Source: Candidatus Bathyarchaeia archaeon
GTDB lineage: Archaea > Thermoproteota > Bathyarchaeia > Bathyarchaeales > Bathycorpusculaceae
Assembly (NCBI GenBank): GCA_049516875.1
Contig: JBEKSS010000001.1
Coordinates: 320,001 to 384,000 of the forward strand
Length of the DNA: 64,000 nucleotides
Reading direction: 5' to 3'
Shown here: piece by piece, positions 20,262 to 31,105 of the stretch
Layout of the letters: every line of letters starts with the position of its first letter
Numbering within the stretch: the first letter of the stretch is position 1
Notes under the pieces: generated by a model
Database searches by the model: none
What the model saw: the letters and a program-made list of their open reading frames with translations, nothing else
What the model was told of the DNA's origin: nothing
Made by a program: the position numbers and the translations under genes

Positions 20262-21044
20262 ATGACTCTCTTCTCCGACACCGGTTACCTGTTCGTTAGG
20301 TACTTGAAGAAGCTCGTCCGAAACCCCATTCTGCTCTTCTTCTCGCTGTTTCAACCCATAATTTTCTTGCTGCTTTTCACGCAGTTGTTCTCGAAGTTCT
20401 CTTCCTTACAAAATTTCACTGAATTTAGTGGAGGCGCCAGCAGCTATCTTGAGTTCGCCACTGCAGGCATCCTCCTCCAAAACGCTTTCGGCAGCGCCCT
20501 GCAATCGGGGACTTCGATAGTGCTTGACCTGGATACTGGGTATTTGCAGAAGATGCTCGTGACGCCGGTTAGCAGATATGCCATATTGTTGGGAAGGTTG
20601 ACTAGTGACGCTTTCAGAGTTGTCGTTCAGTCAGCAATCATCCTGGTGTTGGCCTATGCCTTGGGTGCTACAGTGGCAACAGGGATTGTTGGAATACTGC
20701 TCATGCTTTTTATCGTAGCCTTCTTCGGCCTCGCTTGGTCCGGAATTTCTCTGGCCATAGGATTGAAGACAAGAAGTTCCGAGACGGTGTTCGCCATAGG
20801 CGGGTTCCTTACCTTTCCGTTGCTGTTCATGAGCACGGCTTTGACTCCAAAGGGCTTTATGCCCAATTGGATATCGGACATCTCGAACTTCAACCCGATC
20901 AGCTACACCGTGGACGCGGCTCGAGCGCTCATGGTTACCGGATACGATTGGGGCACGGTGCTCAAAGCGTTCGGCGTGATTGGGCTTATCGCCGTTGTCA
21001 CTTTGGGAGCGACGCTGTACCTGTTCAGGAAGGTAGTTAGCTAG
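20262..21044 (+). CDS. ABC-2 type permease
   Basis: Hydrophobic, TPVSR and NPISY motifs, directly after the ATPase. Confidence 0.88.
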   Translation: MTLFSDTGYLFVRYLKKLVRNPILLFFSLFQPIIFLLLFTQLFSKFSSLQNFTEFSGGASSYLEFATAGILLQNAFGSALQSGTSIVLDLDTGYLQKMLVTPVSRYAILLGRLTSDAFRVVVQSAIILVLAYALGATVATGIVGILLMLFIVAFFGLAWSGISLAIGLKTRSSETVFAIGGFLTFPLLFMSTALTPKGFMPNWISDISNFNPISYTVDAARALMVTGYDWGTVLKAFGVIGLIAVVTLGATLYLFRKVVS

Positions 21045-21166
21045 TTGAGAAGACCCGAATGGTTTTGAATAGCATGAGACGTGATGACCGCATGTCCTAT
21101 GAATGCAAGTGAACAAGTTTGGCTGGCTTTAAATAGTTGAATTTGCTCAGTTAATTATGGGGAACA

Positions 21167-21373
21167 GTGTTGGAAATACAACATTGGTGCTTCAACGAGT
21201 TCCCAGATCAATGCGTAGGATGCCCGGAATACAGCGAATCACGTCCAGATTCAACTATGCAACTCATTTTGCAAACAGCGAGTTGTGGCATACCATATCC
21301 GCAACGATACAGGAGATTAGTTACCAGAGAATGCAAACTGTATCACAAACGCAAAGTCGAATATTCAGAATGA
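21167..21373 (+). CDS. Small Cys-containing hypothetical protein
   Basis: 68-aa ORF with C-x7-CxxC and a TATA-like TTTAAAT upstream; no recognised family. Confidence 0.35.
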   Translation: MLEIQHWCFNEFPDQCVGCPEYSESRPDSTMQLILQTASCGIPYPQRYRRLVTRECKLYHKRKVEYSE

Positions 21374-21857
21374 AGAAAAATCCTAGCCTGCGGTTGCTAT
21401 CTTCCGTTTTCTGAATAGGTTGTCCTCGTAGCGCGCGCTAGGCCCCATTCTGATGTCTGATTACTTGTGTTTTCTGGACAGGTTAACCTAGTTAACGGCG
21501 CGGCAAGTACACGATGAAAACAGGCTTAAACGCAGATTATGAAATTCCCGTTATTTCCCGACTTTGTCCGAGTGCTTTTTCTTCTTTTGCTTATTCTTTT
21601 TTTCTAATGAAGGCATACACTAATCCCCACAAAGCAATACTTACAATTAATGATATTACCCTATGTAGGTCTTAAGACTTTTCACAGTTAAGCCTATAGG
21701 AGTTAGAAAAAGGGGATTGTGCTGGAGACATCTCCACTTTAAATGTAAGTATCTTACTCCGGCCACTTCTTTGCATACTCCGCCATCTTTTTGTATTGCG
21801 GGCGCCCACTTGGACAGGCATAAGTCAAACCCTAAGAGAACGGACAAGGGTGTTTCG

Positions 21858-22970
21858 ATGAAGTATGAAATCAGATGCTCAGTGTGCAACAAGCCCTCTT
21901 CCAGTTTACTTGCCTTCAAATGTCCCTCATGTGGGCAGCCATTGGACATTCAACTTGACTTCAATTTTGAACCCGAAAAGATTTTCAGGAATAACTACAG
22001 CGTTTGGAGGTACGCGCAATTTTTCCCGTATGCGCAGGAGAACAAAATCATCAGTCTGGGTGAAGGCTGGACTCCTCTGGTCAGGTTGTCAGACAACACG
22101 TACGTGAAGCTTGAGAGCCAGAATCCTACTGGTTCTTTCAAGGACAGAGGCTCAACGGTCCTGATCTCCGCTTTGCACAGGCTGATAGAAGAGGCGGGGG
22201 GTTACATTGCTGAGGATTCTTCGGGCAACGCTGGAGCTTCGATGGCCGCCTACGCTGCGCGCGCGGGCTTGAAGGCCAGAATTTACGTTCCAGAGACTGT
22301 TGCGGGTCCAAAGTTCAATCAAATCCAGTTTTACGGGGCGCAAGTCACGAGGGTTTCGGGCAGCCGTAGCAGAGTTGCTGAGGAAGCGCAGAGACCTCAG
22401 AAGGGGAAAGTCTACATCGGACACATTCTTCACCCCTTGTTTAGAGACGGAATCAGGAGCCTAGCTTACGAGATTGCTGAACAGTTTGACTGGCAACTCC
22501 CTGAGCGCATTTACTTGCCTGTATCTGCCGGAACTCTTCTTCTTGGCGTACTAAGCGGGTTCAGACACCTAGCTGAATCTGGCATCATCAAGTCCACGCC
22601 GAAGATTGTGGCTTGCCAGACACGCCAAGTTTCACCCCTTTATCATCGATTCAAGGGTTTGGGCTATACTCCACCTGAAAGGGTTACATCTGCTGCCGAC
22701 GCGCTTGTCAGCGTGAATCCGCCACTGCTTGAACTCATGGTCAAAGGATTGAGAGATGCAAGGGGAGACGCCGTCATGGTTGAGGAAAATGAGATTCTGG
22801 AGGCTTTCAAGGAACTGGCCAGAAACGGCTTTTTTGTCGAACCCAGCTCAGCTGTTGCGTATGCGGCTTACAAGAAACAAATCAGGACCAAACGGACTTC
22901 AAAAGATGCCATTGCGACAGTGGTATTAACGGGTATGGGGTTGAAGACCACATTTCAACCACTCGCATGA
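21858..22970 (+). CDS. thrC: Threonine synthase-like fold-II PLP enzyme with N-terminal Zn ribbon
   Basis: SLGEGWTP, NPTGSFKDRG, SSGNAG, VEPSSA, LTG-GLK. Confidence 0.8.
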   Translation: MKYEIRCSVCNKPSSSLLAFKCPSCGQPLDIQLDFNFEPEKIFRNNYSVWRYAQFFPYAQENKIISLGEGWTPLVRLSDNTYVKLESQNPTGSFKDRGSTVLISALHRLIEEAGGYIAEDSSGNAGASMAAYAARAGLKARIYVPETVAGPKFNQIQFYGAQVTRVSGSRSRVAEEAQRPQKGKVYIGHILHPLFRDGIRSLAYEIAEQFDWQLPERIYLPVSAGTLLLGVLSGFRHLAESGIIKSTPKIVACQTRQVSPLYHRFKGLGYTPPERVTSAADALVSVNPPLLELMVKGLRDARGDAVMVEENEILEAFKELARNGFFVEPSSAVAYAAYKKQIRTKRTSKDAIATVVLTGMGLKTTFQPLA

Positions 22971-23030
22971 GTTTACTTTTCAAAATCTGGCGGGCGCGCT
23001 TAAAAGCTGGGGTTCTGATTTTGCCTAGTG

Positions 23031-24020
23031 TCAATAAAGTAAACAGGCGACAAAATGCTCCTTCTCAACTTCAACGAGTTCCAGCTGCTTTTCAGCGCAT
23101 TCACGCTTCTTATGTGGACATCGTGGATTGAACCTGCACCCTGGTGGAACATTTATTGCTGAAGGGATTTCTCCTTGCAGCTCTACAGTTCTCCTTTTGC
23201 GCTCAGGATCAGGCACTGGAACCGCAGATAGCAAGGCCTGCGTGTAGGGGTGTAATGGTTTTAAGAAGATAGATTCTTTGCTGCCCATCTCTATTATTCT
23301 TCCAAGATACATAACAGCTATGCGATCGGATATATACTTGGCAACTGCCAAATCGTGGGTCACAAAAAGATAGGTCAAATTGAGTTCTTTCCTGAAACTC
23401 AACATAAGATCGATTATGGTTGTTCTGAGGGAAACGTCAATCATGGAGACAGGTTCATCCGCAACCATAAACTCGGGTCTCAAAATTATCGAACGCGCTA
23501 ATGCTATCCTCTGTCTTTGACCACCACTGAGCTGATGCGGAAAAAGCCTCACGAACTGCTCAGGAGGCGACAATCCTACCTTTTCAAGAACCTCCAGAAC
23601 CATTTTCTCCCTTTCTCTCCCATGAGCTATCCCATGGATCTTGAGCGGATGACCGACTGCATCACCAATCCTCATTCGCGGGCTGAGCGATGCATACGGG
23701 TCTTGAAAGATCATCTGAATTTTTCGTCGAAGAAGCCTAAGCGTCTCACCCTTAAGCTTTGTGACGTCCGTGCCTTCAAACCAGATTTTGCCCGATGTCG
23801 GCTCGATCAGCCTTACGATGAGCTTTCCAGAAGTTGTCTTCCCACATCCACTTTCCCCGGCTAAGGTGAAGATTTCTCCTTTCTTTACTGAGAACGTTAT
23901 ATCGTCAACGGCCTTGAGATAACTCTTTTTCCTCGTGAATAGTTGTTCAAGCACGTTCTTTTGAACAGGGAAATACTTCTTTAGATGTTCGACTTTCAGG
24001 ACTTCACTCACTGCGAACAC
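23031..24020 (-). CDS. oppF: Oligopeptide/dipeptide ABC ATPase
   Basis: GESGCGKT, LSGGQRQR, HPYT, GCRFNPRC. Confidence 0.88.
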   Translation of the reverse strand: MFAVSEVLKVEHLKKYFPVQKNVLEQLFTRKKSYLKAVDDITFSVKKGEIFTLAGESGCGKTTSGKLIVRLIEPTSGKIWFEGTDVTKLKGETLRLLRRKIQMIFQDPYASLSPRMRIGDAVGHPLKIHGIAHGREREKMVLEVLEKVGLSPPEQFVRLFPHQLSGGQRQRIALARSIILRPEFMVADEPVSMIDVSLRTTIIDLMLSFRKELNLTYLFVTHDLAVAKYISDRIAVMYLGRIIEMGSKESIFLKPLHPYTQALLSAVPVPDPERKRRTVELQGEIPSAINVPPGCRFNPRCPHKKRECAEKQLELVEVEKEHFVACLLY

Positions 24021-24981
24021 CTACTTCACCATAAAGAAAGCAGCGGACGAGATGGTTGCTTCCAACGTCGATTAAAGGTGGCTTCTTGTTCGGGCAGATT
24101 TCCATTGCGTATGAACACCGTGGCCAAAAGGGGCAACCTCTTGGTGGATCGAGCATATTCGGAGGTGACCCTGGTATAGCTGTCAGTCTCTGGTCGGAGA
24201 GCTCTATGTTAGGAATACTTTGCAGAAGCTTCTGTGTGTAGGGATGTTTGGGCGATCGATAGAGTTCGGTGCTGGTTGTGTATTCAACCATGTGTCCAGC
24301 ATACATTACGATTATTCTGTCACATCTCTCCAAGATTATGCTCAGGTCGTGGGAAATGAGGATTAGGGCCATGTGGTGTGTTTTGCGCAGACTTGCGAGC
24401 AGGTCCAGTATTTTTGCTTGAACAATCACGTCTAGGGCGGTTGTCGGTTCATCGGCTATTACCAGATCAGGGTTCAGTGCTATTGCCAAACCGATCATTA
24501 TACGTTGCCGCATTCCACCACTGAATTGATGAGGATAATCATTGACGCGTTCAGACTGTATTCCCAAGTCTTTCAAGACAGTCTTTGCCCGTTCGAATGC
24601 TTGTTTTTTGCTTGTGTTAGGTTCATGCGTTCGTATCAGCTCCACAAAATGTTCGCCGATTCGTTTGACAGGATCCAAGGATATCATCGGGTCTTGGAAG
24701 ACATAAGCAACGCGCTTTCCTCTGATGGAACGCATCTTGTCCTCTGGCAGTCCCAAAATGCTTTCTCCATCAACGTTTATTTCGCCTCTGCTTATAACAC
24801 CCGGGTACGGGACTAATCGGATGATAGAAACGCCTAGGGTTGATTTTCCAGAACCCGATTCTCCAACCAGACCCAGCGTTTCTCCTTTTCCCAAGGAGAA
24901 CGACATGTCGTCAACGGCGTGTATTGTTCCTCTGCTTGTGCGATAATCAATGGCTAATGAGTCCACCTCCAACAAAGGCAA
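24004..24981 (-). CDS. oppD: Oligopeptide/dipeptide ABC ATPase
   Basis: GESGSGKS, FSGGMRQR, DEPTTALDV. Confidence 0.88.
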   Translation of the reverse strand: MPLLEVDSLAIDYRTSRGTIHAVDDMSFSLGKGETLGLVGESGSGKSTLGVSIIRLVPYPGVISRGEINVDGESILGLPEDKMRSIRGKRVAYVFQDPMISLDPVKRIGEHFVELIRTHEPNTSKKQAFERAKTVLKDLGIQSERVNDYPHQFSGGMRQRIMIGLAIALNPDLVIADEPTTALDVIVQAKILDLLASLRKTHHMALILISHDLSIILERCDRIIVMYAGHMVEYTTSTELYRSPKHPYTQKLLQSIPNIELSDQRLTAIPGSPPNMLDPPRGCPFWPRCSYAMEICPNKKPPLIDVGSNHLVRCFLYGEVGVRSE

Positions 24982-24990
24982 TTTTCCACC

Positions 24991-25872
24991 TCAACGCTGA
25001 AGTTTCGGGTTTAGCAATTCACTCAATCCTTCTCCTACCAGAGTGAACCCGAGGGCTAAGAGGATTATCATGAGACCGGGAAAAGTTATGATCCACCATG
25101 CTCCACTAGAAAGAAATTGCCATCCGTTCTTCAAGTCCCATCCCCAGTCAGGTATGTTGTAGGGCACTCCTAGACCTATAAAAGTCAAGCCAGCAGCTGT
25201 GAGAACGGCGTCAGCAAAGTTGACTGTGGCAACGATTATTATCGAGGGAATAACGTTTGGAAACACGTAGCTTATCAGTATCGTGTACCATTTTGCACCA
25301 GATGATTTGGCTGCTTCTATGTACGTTAGCTCTTTTATACTCAAGACCTGGCTTCGAACTATCCTGAAATAGGAGGGGATATAGACGACGGCTATTGAAA
25401 GAGCCATGTTGATCACTCCAGGACCTAGCATGGCAGCCACAGCAATTGCGATGACGAGGCCCGGGAATGCGTAAACGGCGTCTATCACCAAGGAGAAACC
25501 TCTGTCAAACATTCCCCCAACATAGGAAGAAAAGAGCCCTAAAGGTACACCGACGAGAAAACAGATGAGGACAGAAAGAACTGAAATCTCAAGCATTATC
25601 GAACCTCCGAACAGAATCCTGCTGAGCATGTCAAAGCCGAGTTGATTGGTCCCCATTGGGAACCCCAGACTTGGTGGAGCCCTTATCGAACCGACCTGTA
25701 AATTTGGATCGTGCGGCGATATCCACGGAGCCACTGCTGTCATGACGATGATTGCTGAAACGATGGCTATACCAACAATAACCATCCATCCCGAGGGGCC
25801 TCTTCTTGTAAGGGAAGTCAGTTGTGGAACTATGCGCGCGAGGATGCTTCGCTTCATCTTGGCTTCTGTCAT
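24991..25872 (-). CDS. oppC: Oligopeptide ABC permease
   Basis: GTNQLGFD, EAA loop, WWIITFPG. Confidence 0.88.
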   Translation of the reverse strand: MTEAKMKRSILARIVPQLTSLTRRGPSGWMVIVGIAIVSAIIVMTAVAPWISPHDPNLQVGSIRAPPSLGFPMGTNQLGFDMLSRILFGGSIMLEISVLSVLICFLVGVPLGLFSSYVGGMFDRGFSLVIDAVYAFPGLVIAIAVAAMLGPGVINMALSIAVVYIPSYFRIVRSQVLSIKELTYIEAAKSSGAKWYTILISYVFPNVIPSIIIVATVNFADAVLTAAGLTFIGLGVPYNIPDWGWDLKNGWQFLSSGAWWIITFPGLMIILLALGFTLVGEGLSELLNPKLQR

Positions 25873-25884
25873 TCTTCTTCCTTC

Positions 25885-27147
25885 CTAGAGTCTTATTCTG
25901 GGGTCAAGATAGGCATAGAGGATGTCGACGACGAGACTTACGAGCGCGACGAGCAGGCCGAAGACTACTATGGCGCCTTGGATTGCGGTGTAGTCTCTGA
26001 AATTGATCCTGTTTACGATGTATCTTCCAAGTCCAGGCCATGAAAAAGTGGTCTCGGTGAGTATCGCTCCTCCCAGCAGCATGGCGAACTGAAGTCCCAT
26101 CATTGTCAGGATGGGCAGGAAAGCGTTTCTTAATGCGTATCCATAGGTCACTGTTGTCTCTTTTAGCCCTCTTGCTTTTGCAGCTGTTACAAAGTCAAGT
26201 CGAAGGGTTTCAAGCATGTTTGTCCTTGTCAACCTTACGAAGATCCCTGATAGAACAATTCCGAGCGTTATGGAAGGCAGCAGAAGGGCCTTGACAGATC
26301 CGAAGAACGTGAATATGTTACCTTGGAGAAGACTGTCAATCGTGTACAAGCCTGTTGATATCTGCAGTTTTCCTGCCTGCACAAAGTGCCATGAAACAAA
26401 GGCGTAGATAACCCACGTTATTATGAAAGCAACGACAGAGATGGCAATTCCTCTGTACTTGAGGTTCTTGCGTCTCATTTTCAGGATGACGATACACATG
26501 AGGAAAACGATTAACCCAGCAATGGATGAAAGCAGGAAATGGTTGGGAAAGCCTCCCGGTAGGGCGCTCAAGGTTATAGTAAGACCAGTGGGTGGCGTTA
26601 TGGATGGGTCGAGGCGCAGTCCGGTTGGAAGCCAATGAAGGTAAACTCCAAAGATTAGCTGTAGGACTATGCCCAAGAAGAAGACTGGAACGGCGTATGT
26701 TACTGTGCCGAAGCCTCTTATGAATTGGTCTAGAACAGAATTGTACGACTTGGAGGCCACGACGCCCAGAAGTATTCCTATCACACACGCGATGATCATG
26801 GAGTAAATGGCCAGTTCGAGGGTGGCAGGAAATGCTGAGAAAATCTGGCCTCCCACATCCTCAAAGGTTTGCATGGACTTTCCCAGGTTGGGGTACCCGT
26901 GTGCCAACAGATAGTTGATGTCTACAATACCCCCAATGTAATCAATGTACTGTTCCAGTATCGGTCTGTCTAACCCCAAGATATGTCTCATCTGGTCCAT
27001 TGTTGCCGGGTCAGCCTTCTTCTCGAAATGGAGGGCAACAGGATCGCCGGGGAGAACACGCATTACCAAGAAAACCATTGAAAGAAGCAGTAGTAGAGTT
27101 GGTATCATGAGCACTAGTCTTGTGATGATGTATGAACGAAGCCCCAT
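25885..27147 (-). CDS. oppB: Oligopeptide ABC permease with internal extra TM insertion
   Basis: PGDP, PATLEL, AKARGL, FSWPGLG. Confidence 0.88.
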   Translation of the reverse strand: MGLRSYIITRLVLMIPTLLLLLSMVFLVMRVLPGDPVALHFEKKADPATMDQMRHILGLDRPILEQYIDYIGGIVDINYLLAHGYPNLGKSMQTFEDVGGQIFSAFPATLELAIYSMIIACVIGILLGVVASKSYNSVLDQFIRGFGTVTYAVPVFFLGIVLQLIFGVYLHWLPTGLRLDPSITPPTGLTITLSALPGGFPNHFLLSSIAGLIVFLMCIVILKMRRKNLKYRGIAISVVAFIITWVIYAFVSWHFVQAGKLQISTGLYTIDSLLQGNIFTFFGSVKALLLPSITLGIVLSGIFVRLTRTNMLETLRLDFVTAAKARGLKETTVTYGYALRNAFLPILTMMGLQFAMLLGGAILTETTFSWPGLGRYIVNRINFRDYTAIQGAIVVFGLLVALVSLVVDILYAYLDPRIRL

Positions 27148-27218
27148 AATGTTCTACCCTAGGTTGGGATTTGTGATTTCAGCATAAAAATAGAAAGAGG
27201 GGAGATTAAAGCTTGCTA

Positions 27219-28988
27219 TTATGTGAAGGATATCAGCCAGTACCTCATGTCTTGGGTGATGTCCAAGTAGATGCCGTTAATGTTCGGTTTCGTCACTGCC
27301 CAAGCGCTACTCACGTAAAGCGGGACAACCGAGCATTGCTGTACGGCCATAGCGTCTATCTGGCCATAGAGTTGTGTTCTTAGAGTCAGGTTTCCTGTAG
27401 CCCTTGCTTGATCGTACAAACTGACCTGGGTACTGTTAGCGTAGTTAGTGTGCAGCCATTCGGCCCAGTAGAGGAATGAGTAGTCATCTGGGTCAACGTA
27501 GTCTGGGTACCAACCGTATACGTAAGCGTCCATTATCTCGCTGTTCCTATTCGCTCTGTAGCTTGCCCAATCTGCAGATTTCAAAGTGACTGATATGACG
27601 CCGCTTAATTCAAGTGCAGTCTTGTAGAGGAGGGCTTGGTCGGCGCTACTTGGGTAGTGTCCTGAAGACTCGTACCACAATTCAAACGTGAGCTTGTTGT
27701 TCTCGTTGTAGCCCAGTTGGGCGAGCAAGCTTCTGGTCAACGTGTAATTTGCGTCTCCGAGATCTTTGAAAGCTTCTGTATGTCCCAGCATACCTGGAGG
27801 AATTATGCTGTACAGCGGCTGCGACAGGCCGAGGAACACTGTCTGGCACACATCTGACCTGTTCAATGCGGCTGCTACTGCCATCCTCACTCGGGCGTCA
27901 TTGAACGGTGGACGTTTTTCTTGGAAGCACAAGTATTGGACGAAGGCGCCTGTACCCCACCAGACCTTGACGTTCGGATTATTGTTGAGGTCAAGTGCAT
28001 CGGTTGGCGATATTTGCCTGAAGGCCATGTCCACGTCGCCTGCTTCAATTGCCAGTCGCAGCACCGACGCGTCGCTGTAGAACCTGAATATTATGTGCTT
28101 TATCTTTGGGTATCCGCTTGTAGCGTTCCAGTAATGCGGGTTTGCGTCCAGTTTGATCTCAACGTCTGATCCGCCCACACGGTTCCATTCGGACAAGTAG
28201 TAGGGGCCGACAGACGCAACTGGGGTGCTTTGCCTAGGATTCCCTGCTGTGTAGTTCACCTGTGCGATTGGAGCGTAGGCGGGGTCAACTATGGCTGAGG
28301 CTCTGCACGCTATAATTCCTAGGAACGCACTGAATGGAAAATTCAGGACGAACCTCACTCTGTAAGTGTCAAGAACCTCTGTGTGGTTTATGATTAGGTC
28401 GTATCCCAAACCTGCTGGTGCACCTTCTGGAATGCTGGGTTCCAGTGTTATGTCTCTGTCGAAGCTGTACTTCACGTGTGTGGCGTTGAATACTGTGCCA
28501 TCTGGAAACGTTACGTTTTGTCTCAGGTTGAAGTCCCAGACTGTTAGGTCACTACTGAAATTCCAGCTTGTGGCTAGGTCTGCCTCGAAGTCGGCCCCTG
28601 TCGTTGAGTTCGGCTGGACGCTGACAAGCGTTCCGGATATCTGTTGGAGTATGTTCCATCCGAAATAGTCGTATGCTTGGGCAGGGTCAAGGGTGAGCTC
28701 AACAGAGTCTGTTGTTCCCACAATTATGGTTTCTTTCGCTTGCGCTGCCAAACCTGCTTCTATCGCCGTCAACCTTGCCAAAACGCTGGCAAGTGTCTCA
28801 CCAGTTAGTCCAACGGACTGCGCTACAGCTGAGGTTAGGTTTGCTATGCTAGTCGTCAAGGTGGTGACGTCGTCGGTTAGTTTGGATATGTTATTCGTTA
28901 CCGTAGAAGTGTAGTATATTGAAGTGCTTGAAAGAATAATGCTGATTAATACCAAAACTACTATTCCGATTTCAATCCTGCTTGCCAT
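27219..28988 (-). CDS. oppA: Family-5 peptide-binding protein with N-terminal membrane anchor
   Basis: TLDPA, LRQNVTFPDG, GPY, RMAVAAALNR, WYPDYVDPD. Confidence 0.88.
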   Translation of the reverse strand: MASRIEIGIVVLVLISIILSSTSIYYTSTVTNNISKLTDDVTTLTTSIANLTSAVAQSVGLTGETLASVLARLTAIEAGLAAQAKETIIVGTTDSVELTLDPAQAYDYFGWNILQQISGTLVSVQPNSTTGADFEADLATSWNFSSDLTVWDFNLRQNVTFPDGTVFNATHVKYSFDRDITLEPSIPEGAPAGLGYDLIINHTEVLDTYRVRFVLNFPFSAFLGIIACRASAIVDPAYAPIAQVNYTAGNPRQSTPVASVGPYYLSEWNRVGGSDVEIKLDANPHYWNATSGYPKIKHIIFRFYSDASVLRLAIEAGDVDMAFRQISPTDALDLNNNPNVKVWWGTGAFVQYLCFQEKRPPFNDARVRMAVAAALNRSDVCQTVFLGLSQPLYSIIPPGMLGHTEAFKDLGDANYTLTRSLLAQLGYNENNKLTFELWYESSGHYPSSADQALLYKTALELSGVISVTLKSADWASYRANRNSEIMDAYVYGWYPDYVDPDDYSFLYWAEWLHTNYANSTQVSLYDQARATGNLTLRTQLYGQIDAMAVQQCSVVPLYVSSAWAVTKPNINGIYLDITQDMRYWLISFT

Positions 28989-29244
28989 ATGTTTATTCTT
29001 CCTTTTCAACTTACAAAGCTACATGTGACAGCTTACGTTATTTAAGACTTGCTCATTGAATTGATGGGGCACAGTCGATATCTTGGCGCAGAATAACTGA
29101 ACCGAAGAATCTTCGCATGTAAGTACAACTCCAGCCCATGAGGTTTTAAGAAACAATCCAAGAAAGCCTGGTGACAGCGTTCTGAAAAGGTGGAAAAGAC
29201 CATCTTGGCAGCGGGCGTATTGGGCTCAAGGATTTTGGATGCTG

Positions 29245-29435
29245 TGGTTGAAGAAGATGAGATACTGGAAGCATACGTGGAACTTGGAAGAAAAGGCCTC
29301 CTCGTGGAGCCGAGTTCCGCTGTTGCATACGCGAGTTACAAGAAACAGCTCATAAACAAAGAGATCTCACGAGAAAGTAGCACGATGATAATCCTGACGG
29401 GAAACGGTTTGAAAACGACGATTAGGCCGGTTTGA
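29245..29435 (+). pseudogene. Diverged 3' fragment of a threonine synthase-like gene
   Basis: VEEDEILEAY...VEPSSAVAYASYKKQ...ILTGNGLKT aligns with the C-terminus of 21858-22970. Confidence 0.8.
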
Positions 29436-29547
29436 TACGGGTTCTCATGGGTTAATCCTCTGAAATCTTGGTTTCGGCTGATTTTTTTAGAAATACTTAT
29501 ATTGTGAGGCTGTTTCTGTTTGTGACGCATTAAGGAGGTTATAGGAT

Positions 29548-31102
29548 TTGTCATCACAACAAGCTGGCGGTGTTCCAGTTTTAGTGCTGAAAGAAGGTTC
29601 AAACCGCTCAAGAGGAAAGGAAGCGCAAAACTCAAACATAGAAGCAGCAAAAATCGTTGCTGAAGTAATCAAGAGCTCTCTCGGACCTAAGGGCATGGAC
29701 AAAATGCTTGTCGACAGTTTCGGCGACGTGACGATAACGAGTGACGGGCGCACAAATATCTGGCGAGCTTCTGAACAGGGCTCAGGAACTGATTGAGAAG
29801 GGCGTTCATCCCACGATAATAATTGACGGATACAGAAAAGCTTCAGAAAAAGCATTGGAAATCTTGGAGAAAATCGCGATAGAAGTGGATCTTAACTCTC
29901 AAGATTACTTGAAGAAGGTTGCAATGACCTCGATGGCCAGCAAGCTGGTCGCTGAGCACAAGGAATACCTGGCGGATATAGCGGTCAAGGCGATTCTTGC
30001 AGTTGCGGAGAAGGAAGGCGAGAAATACAAGGTCGACGTGGACGATGTCAAGGTCGAGAAGAAGGCTGGCGAGTCTGTGAGGGACACGAAGCTCATTCAA
30101 GGCATTGTTCTGGACAAGGAAATCTCACATTCGGGAATGCCCAAGCGTGTGGAAAAAGCGAAAATAGCCCTGCTGGACTGCGCGCTCGAGATTGAAAAGA
30201 CCGAGTTCGACGCCAAAATCAACATCGAAAGCCCTGAGCAGATGGAGGCTTTCCTAAAACAGGAAGAAGACATGATGCGTGACATGGTTGATAAAATTGC
30301 GAAGACGGGCGCAAACGTTGTTCTGTGCGAGAAAGGCATTGACGACATGGTTCAACACTTCCTTGCAAGAAAAGGAATCATTGCGGTTCGACGCAACAAG
30401 AAGTCAGACATGGAGAAGCTTGCAAAGGCCACTGGAGGAAAAGTAGTTTCAAACTTGGACTCTATTACCTCGGAAGATCTGGGTTATGCAGCCCTCGTGG
30501 AGGAACGCAAGATAGGCGACGACAAGATGACTTTCATAGAAGGGTGCAAACATCCCAAAGCCGTCACGATTCTGATCAGAGGCGGAACACAGCGCATAGT
30601 CGACGAAGCTGAAAGATCCCTGCACGACGCACTGTGCGTGGTCAGAGACGTGGTTCAAGAGCCAAAAGTGGTCGCCGGCGGCGGCGCGCCTGAACTGGAA
30701 GTTTCACGCATGCTGAAGAAGTTCGCGGAAACTCTTCCGGGAAGGGAGCAGCTGGCAGCCCGAGCCTTTGCGGAAGCTCTTGAAGCCATTCCGACAACGC
30801 TGACGGAAAACGCTGGTCTAGACCCGATTGACATACTGTCCGAACTGAGGTCAAGACACGAGAAAGGCGAAACATGGGCTGGAATAGAAGTCAACACTGG
30901 AAAAGCACAGGACATGACTAAAGCCGGAGTTTTTGAACCCCTTGCCGTCAAGAAGCAAATAATCAAATCGGGAACTGAAGCTTCCACGATGTTACTGAAA
31001 ATCGACGACGTGATTGCCTCTGGAAAGATGAAGACTCCTCCGGGACCCCCAGGAGGCGGTGGCCCACCGGGCGGTGGCTACCCAGGAATGGGTGAGTACT
31101 AG
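29548..31102 (+). pseudogene. ths: Thermosome (group II chaperonin) subunit with internal deletion/frameshift at ~29753
   Basis: N-part ...GPKGMDKML...VTITSDGRT jumps to [10 protein letters not shown] in another frame; the HP...GDGTTT segment is missing. Confidence 0.8.
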
Positions 31103-31105
31103 AAC

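Noticed and set aside
21656-21949. Minus-strand 97-aa ORF / possible gene tail (MAEYAKKWPE*)
   Set aside because: Overlaps the thrC start and could not be assigned to any family.
31100-31102. Pyrrolysine read-through making a thermosome-RpoK fusion
   Set aside because: The thermosome ends with its normal Gly/Pro/Met-rich tail, an SD precedes rpoK, and no pyl genes are seen.
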